From Gammaproteobacteria bacterium (GTDB taxonomy: Bacteria > Pseudomonadota > Gammaproteobacteria > Eutrophobiales > Eutrophobiaceae), in assembly GCA_965238225.1 (NCBI GenBank), contig OZ250183.1, positions 480,001 through 544,000 of the forward strand: a stretch of DNA of 64,000 nucleotides, in the 5' to 3' direction. Positions 33,079-43,934 of the stretch are shown piece after piece (the first letter of the stretch is position 1; every line of letters starts with the position of its first letter). The notes below the pieces were generated by a model. It had not been told where the DNA came from. It was given only the letters and a program-made list of their open reading frames with translations, and ran no database searches. Made by a program: the position numbers and the translations under genes.

Positions 33079-34281
33079 TTGCACGAAGAATTTTCAAGAA
33101 TACAGCGCTTACCGCCTTACGTCTTCGATATTGTGAATGATTTGAAGATGGAAGCGCGCAAACGCGGTGAGGATATTGTTGATTTTGGGATGGGCAACCC
33201 AGACAAGGCTACGCCCAGACATATCATTGCCAAAATGACTGAAGCATTGAATCAGAGCGACATGCATCGGTACTCACTGTCTCGCGGGATTGCACCACTA
33301 CGTGAGGCAATTTGTAATTGGTATAAGCGTCGATATGATATTGATCTGAATCCTGACACAGAAGCAATCGTTACCATAGGCTCCAAAGAGGGCTTGGCGC
33401 ACTTGGCCATGGCCGTTGTCGACCGAGGCGACACTGTTTTAGTACCAAACCCTTCTTATCCAATACACCCCTATGGATTTATTATTGCAGGTGCGGATGT
33501 ATTGCACGTACCGATTGGCGCAGACGTTGATTTTTTTGAAGAACTGGAAAGGTCTATCAAAAACACTTTGCCAAAACCAAAGATGTTACTAATAAATTTC
33601 CCAAGCAACCCGACAGCACAATGTGTCGATTTAGAGTTTTTTGAACGTGTGATTGAAATTGCCAAAGAACATGGTATTTGGGTGGTTCAGGATTTAGCTT
33701 ATGCCGATATTGTTTTTGATGGCTATAAAGCGCCTTCGATTTTAGAAGTATCTGGCTCTAAAGATATTGCAGTGGAATTTTTTTCATTATCCAAAAGTTA
33801 TAACATGCCTGGGTGGCGCGTTGGTTTTATGGTTGGAAATCCAACGCTGGTAAGTGCCTTAACACGATTAAAATCTTATCTGGATTATGGTTTATTTGCG
33901 CCGATTCAGGTAGCTGCAGTCGCAGCACTAGAAGAAGATCAGCAATGTGTCGCTGATATTTGTAGTATGTATCAACATCGCAGAGACGTTTTATGTGATG
34001 GTTTGAACGCTGCAGGCTGGAACGTTGAAAAACCTAAGGCCACGATGTTTGTCTGGGCGGAGATTCCTGAACAATTCCAGCACATGGGTTCTTTGGAGTT
34101 CTCTAAGAAACTGCTAACCGATACAAATATTGCTGTCGCACCTGGTATTGGTTTTGGTTATCATGGCGATAAACATGTTCGTTTTGCTTTGATCGAAGAT
34201 GAGGAAAGAACAAACAAAGCCATGTTTGGCATTCAAACGATGCTGCAAGATGAAACTCCATCAGTGGTGTCTAAAAGATAA
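33079..34281 (+). CDS. alaC: Alanine transaminase
   Basis: [44 protein letters not shown]; alaC-hom-thrC order. Confidence 0.9.
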   Translation: MHEEFSRIQRLPPYVFDIVNDLKMEARKRGEDIVDFGMGNPDKATPRHIIAKMTEALNQSDMHRYSLSRGIAPLREAICNWYKRRYDIDLNPDTEAIVTIGSKEGLAHLAMAVVDRGDTVLVPNPSYPIHPYGFIIAGADVLHVPIGADVDFFEELERSIKNTLPKPKMLLINFPSNPTAQCVDLEFFERVIEIAKEHGIWVVQDLAYADIVFDGYKAPSILEVSGSKDIAVEFFSLSKSYNMPGWRVGFMVGNPTLVSALTRLKSYLDYGLFAPIQVAAVAALEEDQQCVADICSMYQHRRDVLCDGLNAAGWNVEKPKATMFVWAEIPEQFQHMGSLEFSKKLLTDTNIAVAPGIGFGYHGDKHVRFALIEDEERTNKAMFGIQTMLQDETPSVVSKR

Positions 34282-34355
34282 GATTAATCATTGTTTACAC
34301 TCCTCAAGAACATTTCTATCATTATATTGTATCCACAAAGAAAAAATAAAGAAGT

Positions 34356-35672
34356 ATGGGAACAGTAGTTAAAATAGGTTTATTAGGCTTAGGTACTGTC
34401 GGTGGCGGCACTGTCAGTGTGTTGAGTCAGAATGCTGAAGAGATTGCACGTAGATCAGGACGTGAGATCCAGATAATTCATGCAGCTGCAAAAGAATACA
34501 ATGCAGACGCAATTACAGGTCTTGAAAGAATTAAGAAAATATCTTCTGATGCATTTGCTGTTGTTAATGATCCTGAAGTCGAAATTGTTGTTGAGCTTAT
34601 CGGTGGCTATTGTCCAGCAAGAGAGCTGATATTAGAAGCGATTAAAAATGGTAAGCATATTGTCACAGCGAATAAAGCTTTAATCGCTATGCATGGTAAT
34701 GAGATTTTTGCAGCTGCTCAGGAGCAAGGTGTGACTGTTGCATTTGAAGCCGCTGTCGCCGGTGGTATTCCGATTATTAAGGTCATGCGTGAAGGTTTGT
34801 CTGCTAATCGGATCGAATGGGTAGCTGGCATTATTAATGGTACAGGTAATTTTATCCTGACTGAGATGAATGAAAAAGCCAGAGACTTTGATGACGTATT
34901 AAAAGAAGCTCAGAAACTCGGTTATGCAGAAGCTGATCCAAGCTTCGATGTTAAAGGTACTGATGCCGCACATAAGTTAACTATTATTGCATCAATTGCG
35001 TTTGGTATTCCGCTACAGTTTGAAAAGATATACGCAGAAGGCATCGACAAAATTGAACAGCAAGATGTTGTTTATGCATCTGAGCTAGGTTATCGGATTA
35101 AACATTTAGGTATTACGCGCAAAACAGATAATGGCATTGAAATGCGCGTGCATCCAACCTTGATTCCAAGTCGGCGGCTGATTGCCAATGTTGATGGGGT
35201 GATGAATGCTGTATTAATTAAAGCTGATGCTGTTGGATCGACACTTTATTATGGCGCTGGCGCAGGTTCGCAGCAGACTGCTTCAGCCGTGATTGCTGAT
35301 ATCGTGGATATTGTTCGTGTCTTGGCAAGTGACCCCGAAAATCGTGTGCCACATCTGGCATTTCAGCCTGGTGAATTATTGGACACGCCTATATTACCCA
35401 TGGAAGAAGTGGAGACGGCTTATTATTTGCGTATGCAGGCCGTTGACCGTCAGGGTGTATTGGCTGAAGTTACTAAAATTTTTGGAGACTCAGGCATCAG
35501 TATAGAGGCCATTTTGCAAAAAGAACCTGAAGTTGGGGTAACGCATGTGCCAATTATTTTTCTAACACAACGTGTACAAGAAAAATGTATGAATGCAGCT
35601 ATCGCAAGAATTAAAGATCTTGATGTAATAGAAGGCGACATTACACGTATCCGTATGGAAATTCTAAAATGA
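34356..35672 (+). CDS. hom: Homoserine dehydrogenase with ACT domain
   Basis: GLGTVG, VTANKA, EAAVAGGIP, GIINGT, GYAEADP. Confidence 0.96.
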   Translation: MGTVVKIGLLGLGTVGGGTVSVLSQNAEEIARRSGREIQIIHAAAKEYNADAITGLERIKKISSDAFAVVNDPEVEIVVELIGGYCPARELILEAIKNGKHIVTANKALIAMHGNEIFAAAQEQGVTVAFEAAVAGGIPIIKVMREGLSANRIEWVAGIINGTGNFILTEMNEKARDFDDVLKEAQKLGYAEADPSFDVKGTDAAHKLTIIASIAFGIPLQFEKIYAEGIDKIEQQDVVYASELGYRIKHLGITRKTDNGIEMRVHPTLIPSRRLIANVDGVMNAVLIKADAVGSTLYYGAGAGSQQTASAVIADIVDIVRVLASDPENRVPHLAFQPGELLDTPILPMEEVETAYYLRMQAVDRQGVLAEVTKIFGDSGISIEAILQKEPEVGVTHVPIIFLTQRVQEKCMNAAIARIKDLDVIEGDITRIRMEILK

Positions 35673-36790
35673 CTTTTAGAAAACATTATACCGGGCTGAT
35701 AGATCGTTATCGTGATCGTTTGCCAGTAAGTGATGACACACACATTATTAGTTTGGGTGAAGGCAATACCCCTTTAATCAAATTAAGCAATCTTCCTCGT
35801 TCCCTAGGCAAGAATGTCGATATTTATATCAAGTACGAAGGCTTAAATCCTACATGTTCTTTTAAGGATCGTGGTATGACTTTGGCAGTAACCAAGGCTT
35901 GCGAAGAGGGATCAAAAGCAATCATCTGTGCATCGACAGGCAATACCTCAGCCTCAGCAGCAGCGTATGCTGCTCGAGCAGGAATTTCTGTCTTCGTTTT
36001 GATTCCTGATGGCAAAATTGCTCAAGGTAAATTAGCACAGGCGATGATAAAAGGTGCTGTGATTATTCAAGTTAAAGGTAATTTTGATGATGGTATGCGT
36101 TTAGTTAAAGAAATAGCAACTGAATCACCTGTCGTGATTGTTAATTCAATCAACCCTTATCGTTTACAAGGACAAAAGACAGCCGCATTTGAAATTATAG
36201 AAGAATTAGAAAGAGCGCCAGATTTTCATTGCTTGCCAGTCGGTAATGCTGGAAATATTTCAGCGCATTGGATTGGTTATAGTGAATATGCCAATCAGCC
36301 AACCGGCATTTGTTCACCGCATAAATGTGCACAAGATAACGAAGCCATCGTCAATAGTCGCCCGAAGATGGTGGGCTATCAGGCGAGTGGCTCAGCTCCA
36401 TTTATGCGTGGCGCGATGGTTCACTCTCCCGAAACAGTCGCAACAGCCATTCGCATTGGTCATCCACAGTCTTGGGATAATGCCTGGATTGTAAATAAGG
36501 AATCTGGCGGTTGGTTTGATGAATGTGATGATGAAGAAATTCTGGCGACGCAGAAACTTCTGGCAGAAAAGGAAGGCATATTTTGTGAACCAGCATCAGC
36601 GACATCTCTATCTGGCGCAATGCGCGATATTCAGTCTGGACGAATTCCGGAAGGCAGTACCATCGTCTGTACTTTAACCGGACATGGTTTGAAAGACCCT
36701 GATACTGCTATTGCCCAAAGCACAGCGCCAATAGTGAAGATTAATGTTGAAGCGGAAGAAGTTAAAAGTGCAATTTTGGATAATATGTAA
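35669..36790 (+). CDS. thrC: Threonine synthase
   Basis: EGLNPTCSFKDRG, CASTGNTS, PVGNAGNI, LTGHGLKDP. Confidence 0.96.
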   Translation: MTFRKHYTGLIDRYRDRLPVSDDTHIISLGEGNTPLIKLSNLPRSLGKNVDIYIKYEGLNPTCSFKDRGMTLAVTKACEEGSKAIICASTGNTSASAAAYAARAGISVFVLIPDGKIAQGKLAQAMIKGAVIIQVKGNFDDGMRLVKEIATESPVVIVNSINPYRLQGQKTAAFEIIEELERAPDFHCLPVGNAGNISAHWIGYSEYANQPTGICSPHKCAQDNEAIVNSRPKMVGYQASGSAPFMRGAMVHSPETVATAIRIGHPQSWDNAWIVNKESGGWFDECDDEEILATQKLLAEKEGIFCEPASATSLSGAMRDIQSGRIPEGSTIVCTLTGHGLKDPDTAIAQSTAPIVKINVEAEEVKSAILDNM

Positions 36791-36860
36791 TGATTCTTTG
36801 AATGAGATGCCAAGCATTAAAAATAAAATGCGTACTATTCAAGAATTTCACTTATAAAAA

Positions 36861-37892
36861 ATGCGCAAGCTGACACTTTTCATTCCAGGCTTCTTCAGTC
36901 CTGTCAGTGAAACGCTTTCTAAAATTACACCAGATGTTCCTGCTATAGAAAGATGTTTCAGATTTGGCACATCAAAAAGTGTTCAAGGCGCAAGTACTCA
37001 AACTACGGGGTTTACCCACTCCTTATTTAGGTTGTTCGGTTTCCCAGAAAAGGAGCATGATTATCCAGTGGCAGCAGTTACACGTCTTGTTGATAATGAT
37101 CATGATCTTGAGGGCTTTTGGATGCGCGCCGATCCAGTCCACCTGCGTCCAGAGCGTGATACCGTTGTGTTGCTGGATGATTCTTCATTCAATATTGACA
37201 AGCATGAGGCGTTAATTTTTGCCGCCGATCTTCAGAAAGTCTTTACCGAGAGAGGTATTGAGTTAGAAGCGCCTACTAATAATCGTTGGTATATTAAGTT
37301 AAAGAAATTGCCCGATGTAAGCACCACACCAATACATGAAGTTTGCGGTAATGATATTGATAAAAATCCAGTCGTAGGCGTAGGCAAGGTTTTATGGGAT
37401 CAACTGTCCAATGAAGCTCAGATGAGCCTGCACAATTGTCCGTTGAACTCTGCGCGTGAAAAGCGCGGTGAATTGTCTGTGAATGGTTTATGGCTATGGG
37501 GGGCAGGCGAATTGCCAAAGCCTGAAAAGCGAATCTGGTCACGCGTATTTTCTGATGAGATTACGACTCAAGGCTTGTCTATTTTGACGGGATCTCCCTA
37601 TGCAGATTTGCCTGACTCACTCAAAGTGCTTATCAATCAATCAGAAGAACAGGATGATATATTGGCTGTTATTTCCTTTGGTTTGCGTCATCAGCAGTAT
37701 TTTGATCATAATGGTTGGCAGGATTTCATTGCTTATCTAGAAGAAGAATGGTTTTCTGAGGTTGAAAATTTAATCCAGAAAAAAGAGCTGGATGAATTAA
37801 TATTGTTAACAGGAGAATATAAGTTAACTGTTTCAAAATTTTCATACAAAAAATTCTGGCGCAGACAAAAGTCATTTTTAAGTTATCGTTAA
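36861..37892 (+). CDS. Phosphoglycerate mutase-like conserved protein (thrC-recJ interval)
   Basis: WMRADPVHL, NEAQM.LH, N..RE.RG...VNGLWLWG. Confidence 0.7.
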   Translation: MRKLTLFIPGFFSPVSETLSKITPDVPAIERCFRFGTSKSVQGASTQTTGFTHSLFRLFGFPEKEHDYPVAAVTRLVDNDHDLEGFWMRADPVHLRPERDTVVLLDDSSFNIDKHEALIFAADLQKVFTERGIELEAPTNNRWYIKLKKLPDVSTTPIHEVCGNDIDKNPVVGVGKVLWDQLSNEAQMSLHNCPLNSAREKRGELSVNGLWLWGAGELPKPEKRIWSRVFSDEITTQGLSILTGSPYADLPDSLKVLINQSEEQDDILAVISFGLRHQQYFDHNGWQDFIAYLEEEWFSEVENLIQKKELDELILLTGEYKLTVSKFSYKKFWRRQKSFLSYR

Positions 37893-37910
37893 ATAGTTTA
37901 TTTTTATAAT

Positions 37911-39644
37911 ATGCCCATTGCAATTAAACGCCGCCTCATTGAAGAAATTGATTTAGCCTGCGATATTCATCCTGTCTTAAAGCGTATTTATGCCGCTAGA
38001 AATATTAAAACCGCTGATAATCTTGACTACTCCTTGCAAAAATTATTGCCTTATGAAGACCTAAGTAATATTCAGAATGCCGTTGCACTATTAGAAGATG
38101 CCTTAAGATCGGAAAAGAAAATACTCATCGTCGCAGACTTTGATGCCGATGGCGCCACGAGTTGTACTGTCGGTATGCAGGGCTTAAGGCAAATGGGGGC
38201 AACTGATGTGTCTTATATCGTGCCAAATCGTTTTGAGTTTGGTTATGGTTTAAGTCCGGAAATTGTTGAAGTGGCGGCGGCAATGGCTCCTGATCTTTTG
38301 GTGACGGTGGACAATGGAATTTCCAGTGTAGCGGGCGTACAGCTTGCGCGTGACAAAGGCATTGATGTATTGATTACTGATCACCATTTGCCTGGAAAGC
38401 AATTGCCAAATGCCAACGCTATTGTGAATCCAAATCAAATCGGAGATAAATTTCCAAGCAAGATGTTAGCAGGTGTCGGCGTTATGTTTTATATCCTGAT
38501 TGCTTTGAGAGCACATCTTCAGGCTAAAAACTGGTTTCAGGATCAAAAAATACCTAAGCCAAACTTGGCAGAGCTACTGGATTTGGTTGCGTTGGGCACT
38601 GTGGCAGATGTCGTTCCTTTGGATCAAAATAACCGTTTGCTCGTCGCCCAAGGTTTAGCACGTATTCGTTCTGGTCATTGTTGCCCAGGAATAAAAGCCT
38701 TATTGCTTATTGCGAATAAAACATTAGAAAGCGTGACAGCACAGGATATGGGCTTTGCCATAGGGCCTAGGCTAAATGCAGCAGGACGTTTAAGTGATAT
38801 GTCATTAGGGATTGAATGTTTGATGAGTGATGATGAGATACAAGCTAAAGATATGGCGACCAGCCTAGATGAACTGAATAAGGAAAGGCGCGAGATTCAA
38901 GATGAAATGCAGGAGCAGGCATTGCTGGATATTGCAGAACTTGATCTGGATACAATAGCAATGCCATTTGGCGTGTGTTTATTTAACGAAAGTTGGCATC
39001 AGGGCGTTATTGGTATTCTAGCATCAAAGATAAAAGACAAACTTCACAGACCAGTGATTGCTTTTGCTAAAGACAAAGATGGGTTCATTAAAGGCTCAGC
39101 GCGTTCAATTTCTTGTGTCCACATTCGTGATGTACTGGACACCATTGCCGGACAATATCCCGGGTTAATCGACAAGTTCGGCGGTCATGCTATGGCTGCT
39201 GGCATGACACTTAAAGAGGCAGACTTCGAGGCGTTTAAACAAGCATTTGATAAGGAGCTAAAACGATTCGTACGTGCAGAAGATCTAAATGGCAGTTTGC
39301 TTTCAGACGGAGAACTTACTACAGCAGAAATTACCTTCGGTTTAGCCAAAGACATTCAAAAAGCAGGGCCATGGGGGCAGGGGTTTTCTGAACCTCAATT
39401 TGATGGCGAGTTTTACTTGGTTGAGCGCCAAATAATTGGCGAGAAACATCTAAAATTAAAACTGCGCACACAGGAAAATGGACAAGGACAAGGCAAAGCG
39501 ATAGATGCAATCGCCTTTAATTTTACTGATGAAGAATGGATAGAAAAACCAGAGCGAGTGCATGTAGTCTATCGCCTGTGTATCAACGAGTTTCGCGGCA
39601 GGAGTAAGCTACAACTGATCGTAGAAAATATAGAGCCTGTTTGA
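37911..39644 (+). CDS. recJ: ssDNA exonuclease RecJ
   Basis: DFDADG, TVDNG, TDHH, GTVADVV, PRLNAAGR, GGHAMAAG. Confidence 0.98.
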   Translation: MPIAIKRRLIEEIDLACDIHPVLKRIYAARNIKTADNLDYSLQKLLPYEDLSNIQNAVALLEDALRSEKKILIVADFDADGATSCTVGMQGLRQMGATDVSYIVPNRFEFGYGLSPEIVEVAAAMAPDLLVTVDNGISSVAGVQLARDKGIDVLITDHHLPGKQLPNANAIVNPNQIGDKFPSKMLAGVGVMFYILIALRAHLQAKNWFQDQKIPKPNLAELLDLVALGTVADVVPLDQNNRLLVAQGLARIRSGHCCPGIKALLLIANKTLESVTAQDMGFAIGPRLNAAGRLSDMSLGIECLMSDDEIQAKDMATSLDELNKERREIQDEMQEQALLDIAELDLDTIAMPFGVCLFNESWHQGVIGILASKIKDKLHRPVIAFAKDKDGFIKGSARSISCVHIRDVLDTIAGQYPGLIDKFGGHAMAAGMTLKEADFEAFKQAFDKELKRFVRAEDLNGSLLSDGELTTAEITFGLAKDIQKAGPWGQGFSEPQFDGEFYLVERQIIGEKHLKLKLRTQENGQGQGKAIDAIAFNFTDEEWIEKPERVHVVYRLCINEFRGRSKLQLIVENIEPV

Positions 39645-39749
39645 AATGCACTTATTCTTGAATTTTTCACATAAAAATATTATAAAGGACATACGTAAGT
39701 ATTATTGGCATTTGCAGATATTGTTGTTTCATAAGATTAGGAATATAAA

Positions 39750-40244
39750 ATGATTTATGTAGATATATTTTCAGCTTTGCTGACACCGGTTATTGCTATC
39801 GTGGCAATTTACATCGCATATCAACAGTACAAAATTGGTGATCTGCGCTTACGTCATGAATTATATGAAAGACGTATTAAAATATATAAAGCAGTCCAAA
39901 AGTATTTGTTGGACGTAGTCGGTGGAGGAAATACAACATATTCAGCATGTATGTTAAAACATAAAGAATTTTCCGAAGAGATATCGGAAATACCATTTCT
40001 TTTCGATATTTCAGTGCAAAAAGAAATTTATACAATCTATGCAAAATCTATAGCTATGGCTGGAAAAAGTGAAGAATTGCATCTTTCAGATGGTTTGCTT
40101 ATGGCACAGGATGATCAAGAACGAGGCAAAGTAATAAAAGAGCATACTAATTTACTTAAGTGGCATGTAGAACAACTATCAGTTATAAAAGAAATTTTTG
40201 TAAAAGAAATTGGAATTAAAAATACGTGTAAATTATTCGGATGA
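39750..40244 (+). CDS. Hypothetical protein with N-terminal membrane anchor
   Basis: LLTPVIAIVAIYIAYQQY hydrophobic segment; AT-rich; AGGA ribosome-binding site upstream. Confidence 0.7.
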   Translation: MIYVDIFSALLTPVIAIVAIYIAYQQYKIGDLRLRHELYERRIKIYKAVQKYLLDVVGGGNTTYSACMLKHKEFSEEISEIPFLFDISVQKEIYTIYAKSIAMAGKSEELHLSDGLLMAQDDQERGKVIKEHTNLLKWHVEQLSVIKEIFVKEIGIKNTCKLFG

Positions 40245-40302
40245 GTCCGTAAAAATTCCGTATCCCTTATAGAAATTTTCTACCTGTTATTGTTAAACCA
40301 CT

Positions 40303-41398
40303 ATGGAAATTAGCCCCTACCTCAATCATGTTAATGATATGCAAGGACGAACCGATGCCTTGAGGGGGTATCTTTGACTATGAAAATAAATCCGAACGTC
40401 TCGTCGAAATTCTGCGTGAACTAGAAAATCCTGCCATTTGGAATGATCCTGCGTTCGCTCAGGCCTTGGGCAAGGAGCGCGCATCTCTAGAGCTAGTAGT
40501 TAAGACCATCAATGATATGGATAGCGGTTTACATGATACGAGTGATCTGTTGATTATGGCACGCGAAGATGCCGATGAAGAGATGCTTGAGTCAATCATT
40601 GAAGATTTAGAAGGTTTTGAAAAACGCTTGGCCGAGCTTGAATTTCGCCGTATGTTTTCTGGTGAGATGGATGCCAGTAATACATTTTTGGATATTCAAT
40701 CAGGTTCGGGTGGTACGGAAGCACAGGACTGGGCCGATATGTTATTACGCATGTATTTACGTTGGGGCGAACAACATGGATTCAAGACTGAGTTGATTGC
40801 AGTTTCTTCTGGTGATGTAGCAGGTATTAAAAGCGCAACTATTAAATATGAAGGAGATTACGCGTTTGGTTGGTTGCGTACAGAGACTGGCGTACATCGC
40901 CTGGTCAGGAAATCCCCCTTTGATTCTGGCAATCGTCGGCACACTTCATTTGCCTCTGTTTTCGTCTCGCCTGAGATAGATGACAATATCGATATAGAAA
41001 TCAATTCTGCCTGCCTGCGTGTTGATACCTATCGCGCCAGCGGTGCAGGCGGGCAGCACGTAAACAAGACTGATTCTGCGGTGCGGCTGACACATCTACC
41101 AACAGGCATTGTGGCACAATGTCAGAATGATCGTTCACAGCACAAAAACCGAGCTCAGGCCATGAAATTATTGCGCGCTAAACTTTATGAGATGGAAATG
41201 CAAAAAAGAAATTCTGACAAACAAATACTGGAAGATGCGAAGTCTGATATTGGCTGGGGCAGTCAGATTCGATCCTATGTGTTAGATCAATCTCGGATTA
41301 AGGACTTGCGCACAGGGGTTGAAACAGGAAATACGCAAGCAGTGCTGGATGGCGACTTGGATAAGTTTATTAAAGCCAGTTTGAAGTCAGGACTTTAG
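40303..41398 (+). CDS. prfB: Peptide chain release factor 2, with programmed +1 frameshift
   Basis: ATG 40303 MEISPY...LRGYL, then CTT TGA C; the +1 frame continues DYENKSERL into the 40466 ORF with SPF and GGQ motifs. Confidence 0.97.
40363..40378 (+). promoter_or_regulatory. RF2 autoregulatory frameshift site
   Basis: AGGGGG internal Shine-Dalgarno, then TAT CTT TGA C. Confidence 0.95.
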
Positions 41399-41544
41399 GA
41401 TGAAAGATGAGAGGTTAGGAAACAGAATGTCGAAATATTTTCTGAAGTTATTTTTTGTTATTCTTGCGTTTCATGCTTCACATCTTACAACTTGGCAATA
41501 CACACTCAAATTTTTGTTATTAAAATTTAGAAAATAATAAATTT

Positions 41545-43059
41545 ATGTCAAACACAAAAGACAGAAAATCTGACGAGAATAAATTAATTGCCCAGCGCCG
41601 TGAGCAGCTAGAGGCTTTGCGTAAAAATGGTCAGGCCTATCCGAATAATTTTAGACGCGATGCCCTAGCGTATGATTTACATAAAACGTATGCAGAGTCT
41701 GATAAAGAAACTCTTAAGTCCAGCAGTACGCGCGTTAAAGTTGCTGGTCGAATGATGACACGCCGAGTGATGGGTAAGGCTTCGTTTGCGCATATTCAAG
41801 ATATGTCGGGCAAGATCCAGCTCTATATAAAACGAGATAATCTACCTGAGGGGCTTTACGTTGATTTTAAGCGGTGGGATATTGGCGATATCATTGGCGT
41901 AGAAGGCAAATTAATGAAAACCAATAAAGGCGAGTTGAGTGTTGATGTTGGTAATATTTGTTTGCTGACTAAATCATTGCGCCCCCTGCCTGAAAAATTT
42001 CATGGTCTTACAGATCAAGAAACTAAATATCGACAACGTTATGTCGACCTTATTATGAACGAAGATACACGTAAAACATTTTTTGTACGTTCACGCGTTA
42101 TTGATTTCATAAGAAATTATTTAAAAAAAGATGGCTTTATCGAAGTCGAGACACCGATGATGCACGCGATTCCGGGTGGTGCAGCGGCAAGACCTTTTAG
42201 CACGCATCATAACGTCTTGGACATGGATTTATTTTTACGCATTGCGCCGGAGTTATACCTAAAGCGTTTGGTTATCGGTGGTGTTGAAAGAGTCTTTGAA
42301 ATTAACCGCAGCTTTCGTAACGAAGGATTATCACCCAGACATAATCCTGAATTCACTATGCTCGAATTTTATCAAGCCTATGCGGATCATGAAGATTTAA
42401 TGAATCTTACGGAAGATTTAGTGCGAAAGTTGGTGATAGAAGTGTCAGGCGGTACAACGATCACTTATCAAGGTGACGAATACGACTTGGATCAAGCCTT
42501 CGTCAGGATGACAGTGAAGCAATCAATCTTGAATTTTAATCCTGCTATCAATGCGACTCACCTGAATTCCATGGAATCTGCCAGCATTCTTGCGAAAAAA
42601 CTGGGGATACATGTAGAAGATGGCTATGGACTTGGCAAGGTACAGATAGAAATTTTTGAGAAAACCGTTGAACCTCATTTAATGGCGCCAACATTCATTA
42701 CTGCCTATCCTGTCGAGGTATCGCCTTTGGCACGTACGAATGATGACGATCCTTTTATCACCGATAGATTTGAATTCTTTATTGGTGGGCGAGAGATTGC
42801 TAATGGTTTTTCTGAATTAAATGATCCGGATGATCAGGCACAACGTTTTCGAAAGCAGGTTGAAAACAAAGAATCTGGTGATATAGAAGCCATGCATTTT
42901 GATGAGGATTACATTACTGCTTTGGAATACGGTATGCCGCCAACAGCGGGAGAAGGTATCGGCATAGACCGACTAGTCATGTTTTTGACTAATTGTCCCA
43001 CAATTCGCGATGTTATTTTATTTCCGCATATGCGTCCGCAAATAAAAAATAAGCAGTAA
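41545..43059 (+). CDS. lysS: Lysine--tRNA ligase (class II)
   Basis: [47 protein letters not shown]. Confidence 0.98.
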   Translation: MSNTKDRKSDENKLIAQRREQLEALRKNGQAYPNNFRRDALAYDLHKTYAESDKETLKSSSTRVKVAGRMMTRRVMGKASFAHIQDMSGKIQLYIKRDNLPEGLYVDFKRWDIGDIIGVEGKLMKTNKGELSVDVGNICLLTKSLRPLPEKFHGLTDQETKYRQRYVDLIMNEDTRKTFFVRSRVIDFIRNYLKKDGFIEVETPMMHAIPGGAAARPFSTHHNVLDMDLFLRIAPELYLKRLVIGGVERVFEINRSFRNEGLSPRHNPEFTMLEFYQAYADHEDLMNLTEDLVRKLVIEVSGGTTITYQGDEYDLDQAFVRMTVKQSILNFNPAINATHLNSMESASILAKKLGIHVEDGYGLGKVQIEIFEKTVEPHLMAPTFITAYPVEVSPLARTNDDDPFITDRFEFFIGGREIANGFSELNDPDDQAQRFRKQVENKESGDIEAMHFDEDYITALEYGMPPTAGEGIGIDRLVMFLTNCPTIRDVILFPHMRPQIKNKQ

Positions 43060-43419
43060 TGGCTTTGTGTTTAGCCCTAAACCAGAAATTTATCCTTAAT
43101 TGTCATTCCTTTGTAAATGAAAATGAAGACGAACGTCTTGTTGATACTAGGGTTTCTTATGCGTAGTAGATCGCTAAAAAATTAAGAATTAGTTTGAGAA
43201 TCTGATTGATAATCGGGAGCTTATTCTAGCTACCCCAGACTATATCAATAAAACAATGGTTCTGCCGAATATGATCGACAGGATATATGGTATAGAATGC
43301 ACGCTGAAAGGCTAAGACTAGAAATAGCCAGATAAAATTTGCATAATCTACTTTTGTAAAGTTCGATCGTTTTTTTTGATGTTCAGAAAATTTTATTAAC
43401 AATTTAAGAGGACTTTAAA

Positions 43420-43917
43420 ATGCCTAAAGAAAGAAAATTAACGCCAATTGCTGCAGCTCTTGGCGCAACTTTTGCTGTTTCATTAGCTACTAGCCCAGTT
43501 ACACAAGCAGCTGAGAACCCTTTTACCATGACAGAACATGGTACTGGCTATATGGTTTCTGAAGGTAAATGCGGCGAAGGTAAATGCGGCGAAGGTAAAA
43601 AAATGGAAGGTAAATGCGGCGAAGGTAAGTGCGGCGAAGGTAAAAAAATGGAAGGTAAATGCGGCGAAGGTAAATGCGGCGAAGGTAAGTGCGGCGAAGG
43701 TAAATGCGGCGAAGGTAAATGCGGCGAAGGTAAAAAAATGGAAGGTAAATGCGGCGAAGGTAAGTGCGGCGAAGGTAAAAAAATGGAAGGTAAATGCGGC
43801 GAAGGCAAGTGCGGCGAAGGTAAAAAAATGGAAGGTAAATGCGGCGAAGGCAAGTGCGGCGAAGGTAAAAAAATGGAAGGTAAATGCGGCGAAGGCAAGT
43901 GCGGCGATAGTCAATAG
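43420..43917 (+). CDS. Secreted EGKCG-repeat RiPP precursor (HvfA/oxazolin- or bufferin-like metallophore)
   Basis: AGAGGA ribosome-binding site; Sec signal ending about TQA/A; ENPF...GYMV; 17x EGKCG + 6x EGKKM; directly upstream of DUF692. Confidence 0.92.
   Translation: MPKERKLTPIAAALGATFAVSLATSPVTQAAENPFTMTEHGTGYMVSEGKCGEGKCGEGKKMEGKCGEGKCGEGKKMEGKCGEGKCGEGKCGEGKCGEGKCGEGKKMEGKCGEGKCGEGKKMEGKCGEGKCGEGKKMEGKCGEGKCGEGKKMEGKCGEGKCGDSQ
43561..43905 (+). repeat. Coding tandem repeat: 23 x 15 bp with a 45-bp higher-order unit
   Basis: Units GAAGGYAARTGCGGC (17) and GAAGGTAAAAAAATG (6), counted directly. Confidence 0.98.
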
Positions 43918-43934
43918 TCCCAAGATTTTTTAGC

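Noticed and set aside
36290-36345. Cys-containing insertion in ThrC (GICSPHKC)
   Set aside because: Short insertion with only two Cys. I recall similar insertions in related threonine synthases and have no evidence for a function.
43561-43905. Possible CRISPR array
   Set aside because: The 15-bp units are head-to-tail with no unique spacers, are in frame in a signal-peptide gene, and no cas genes are present.
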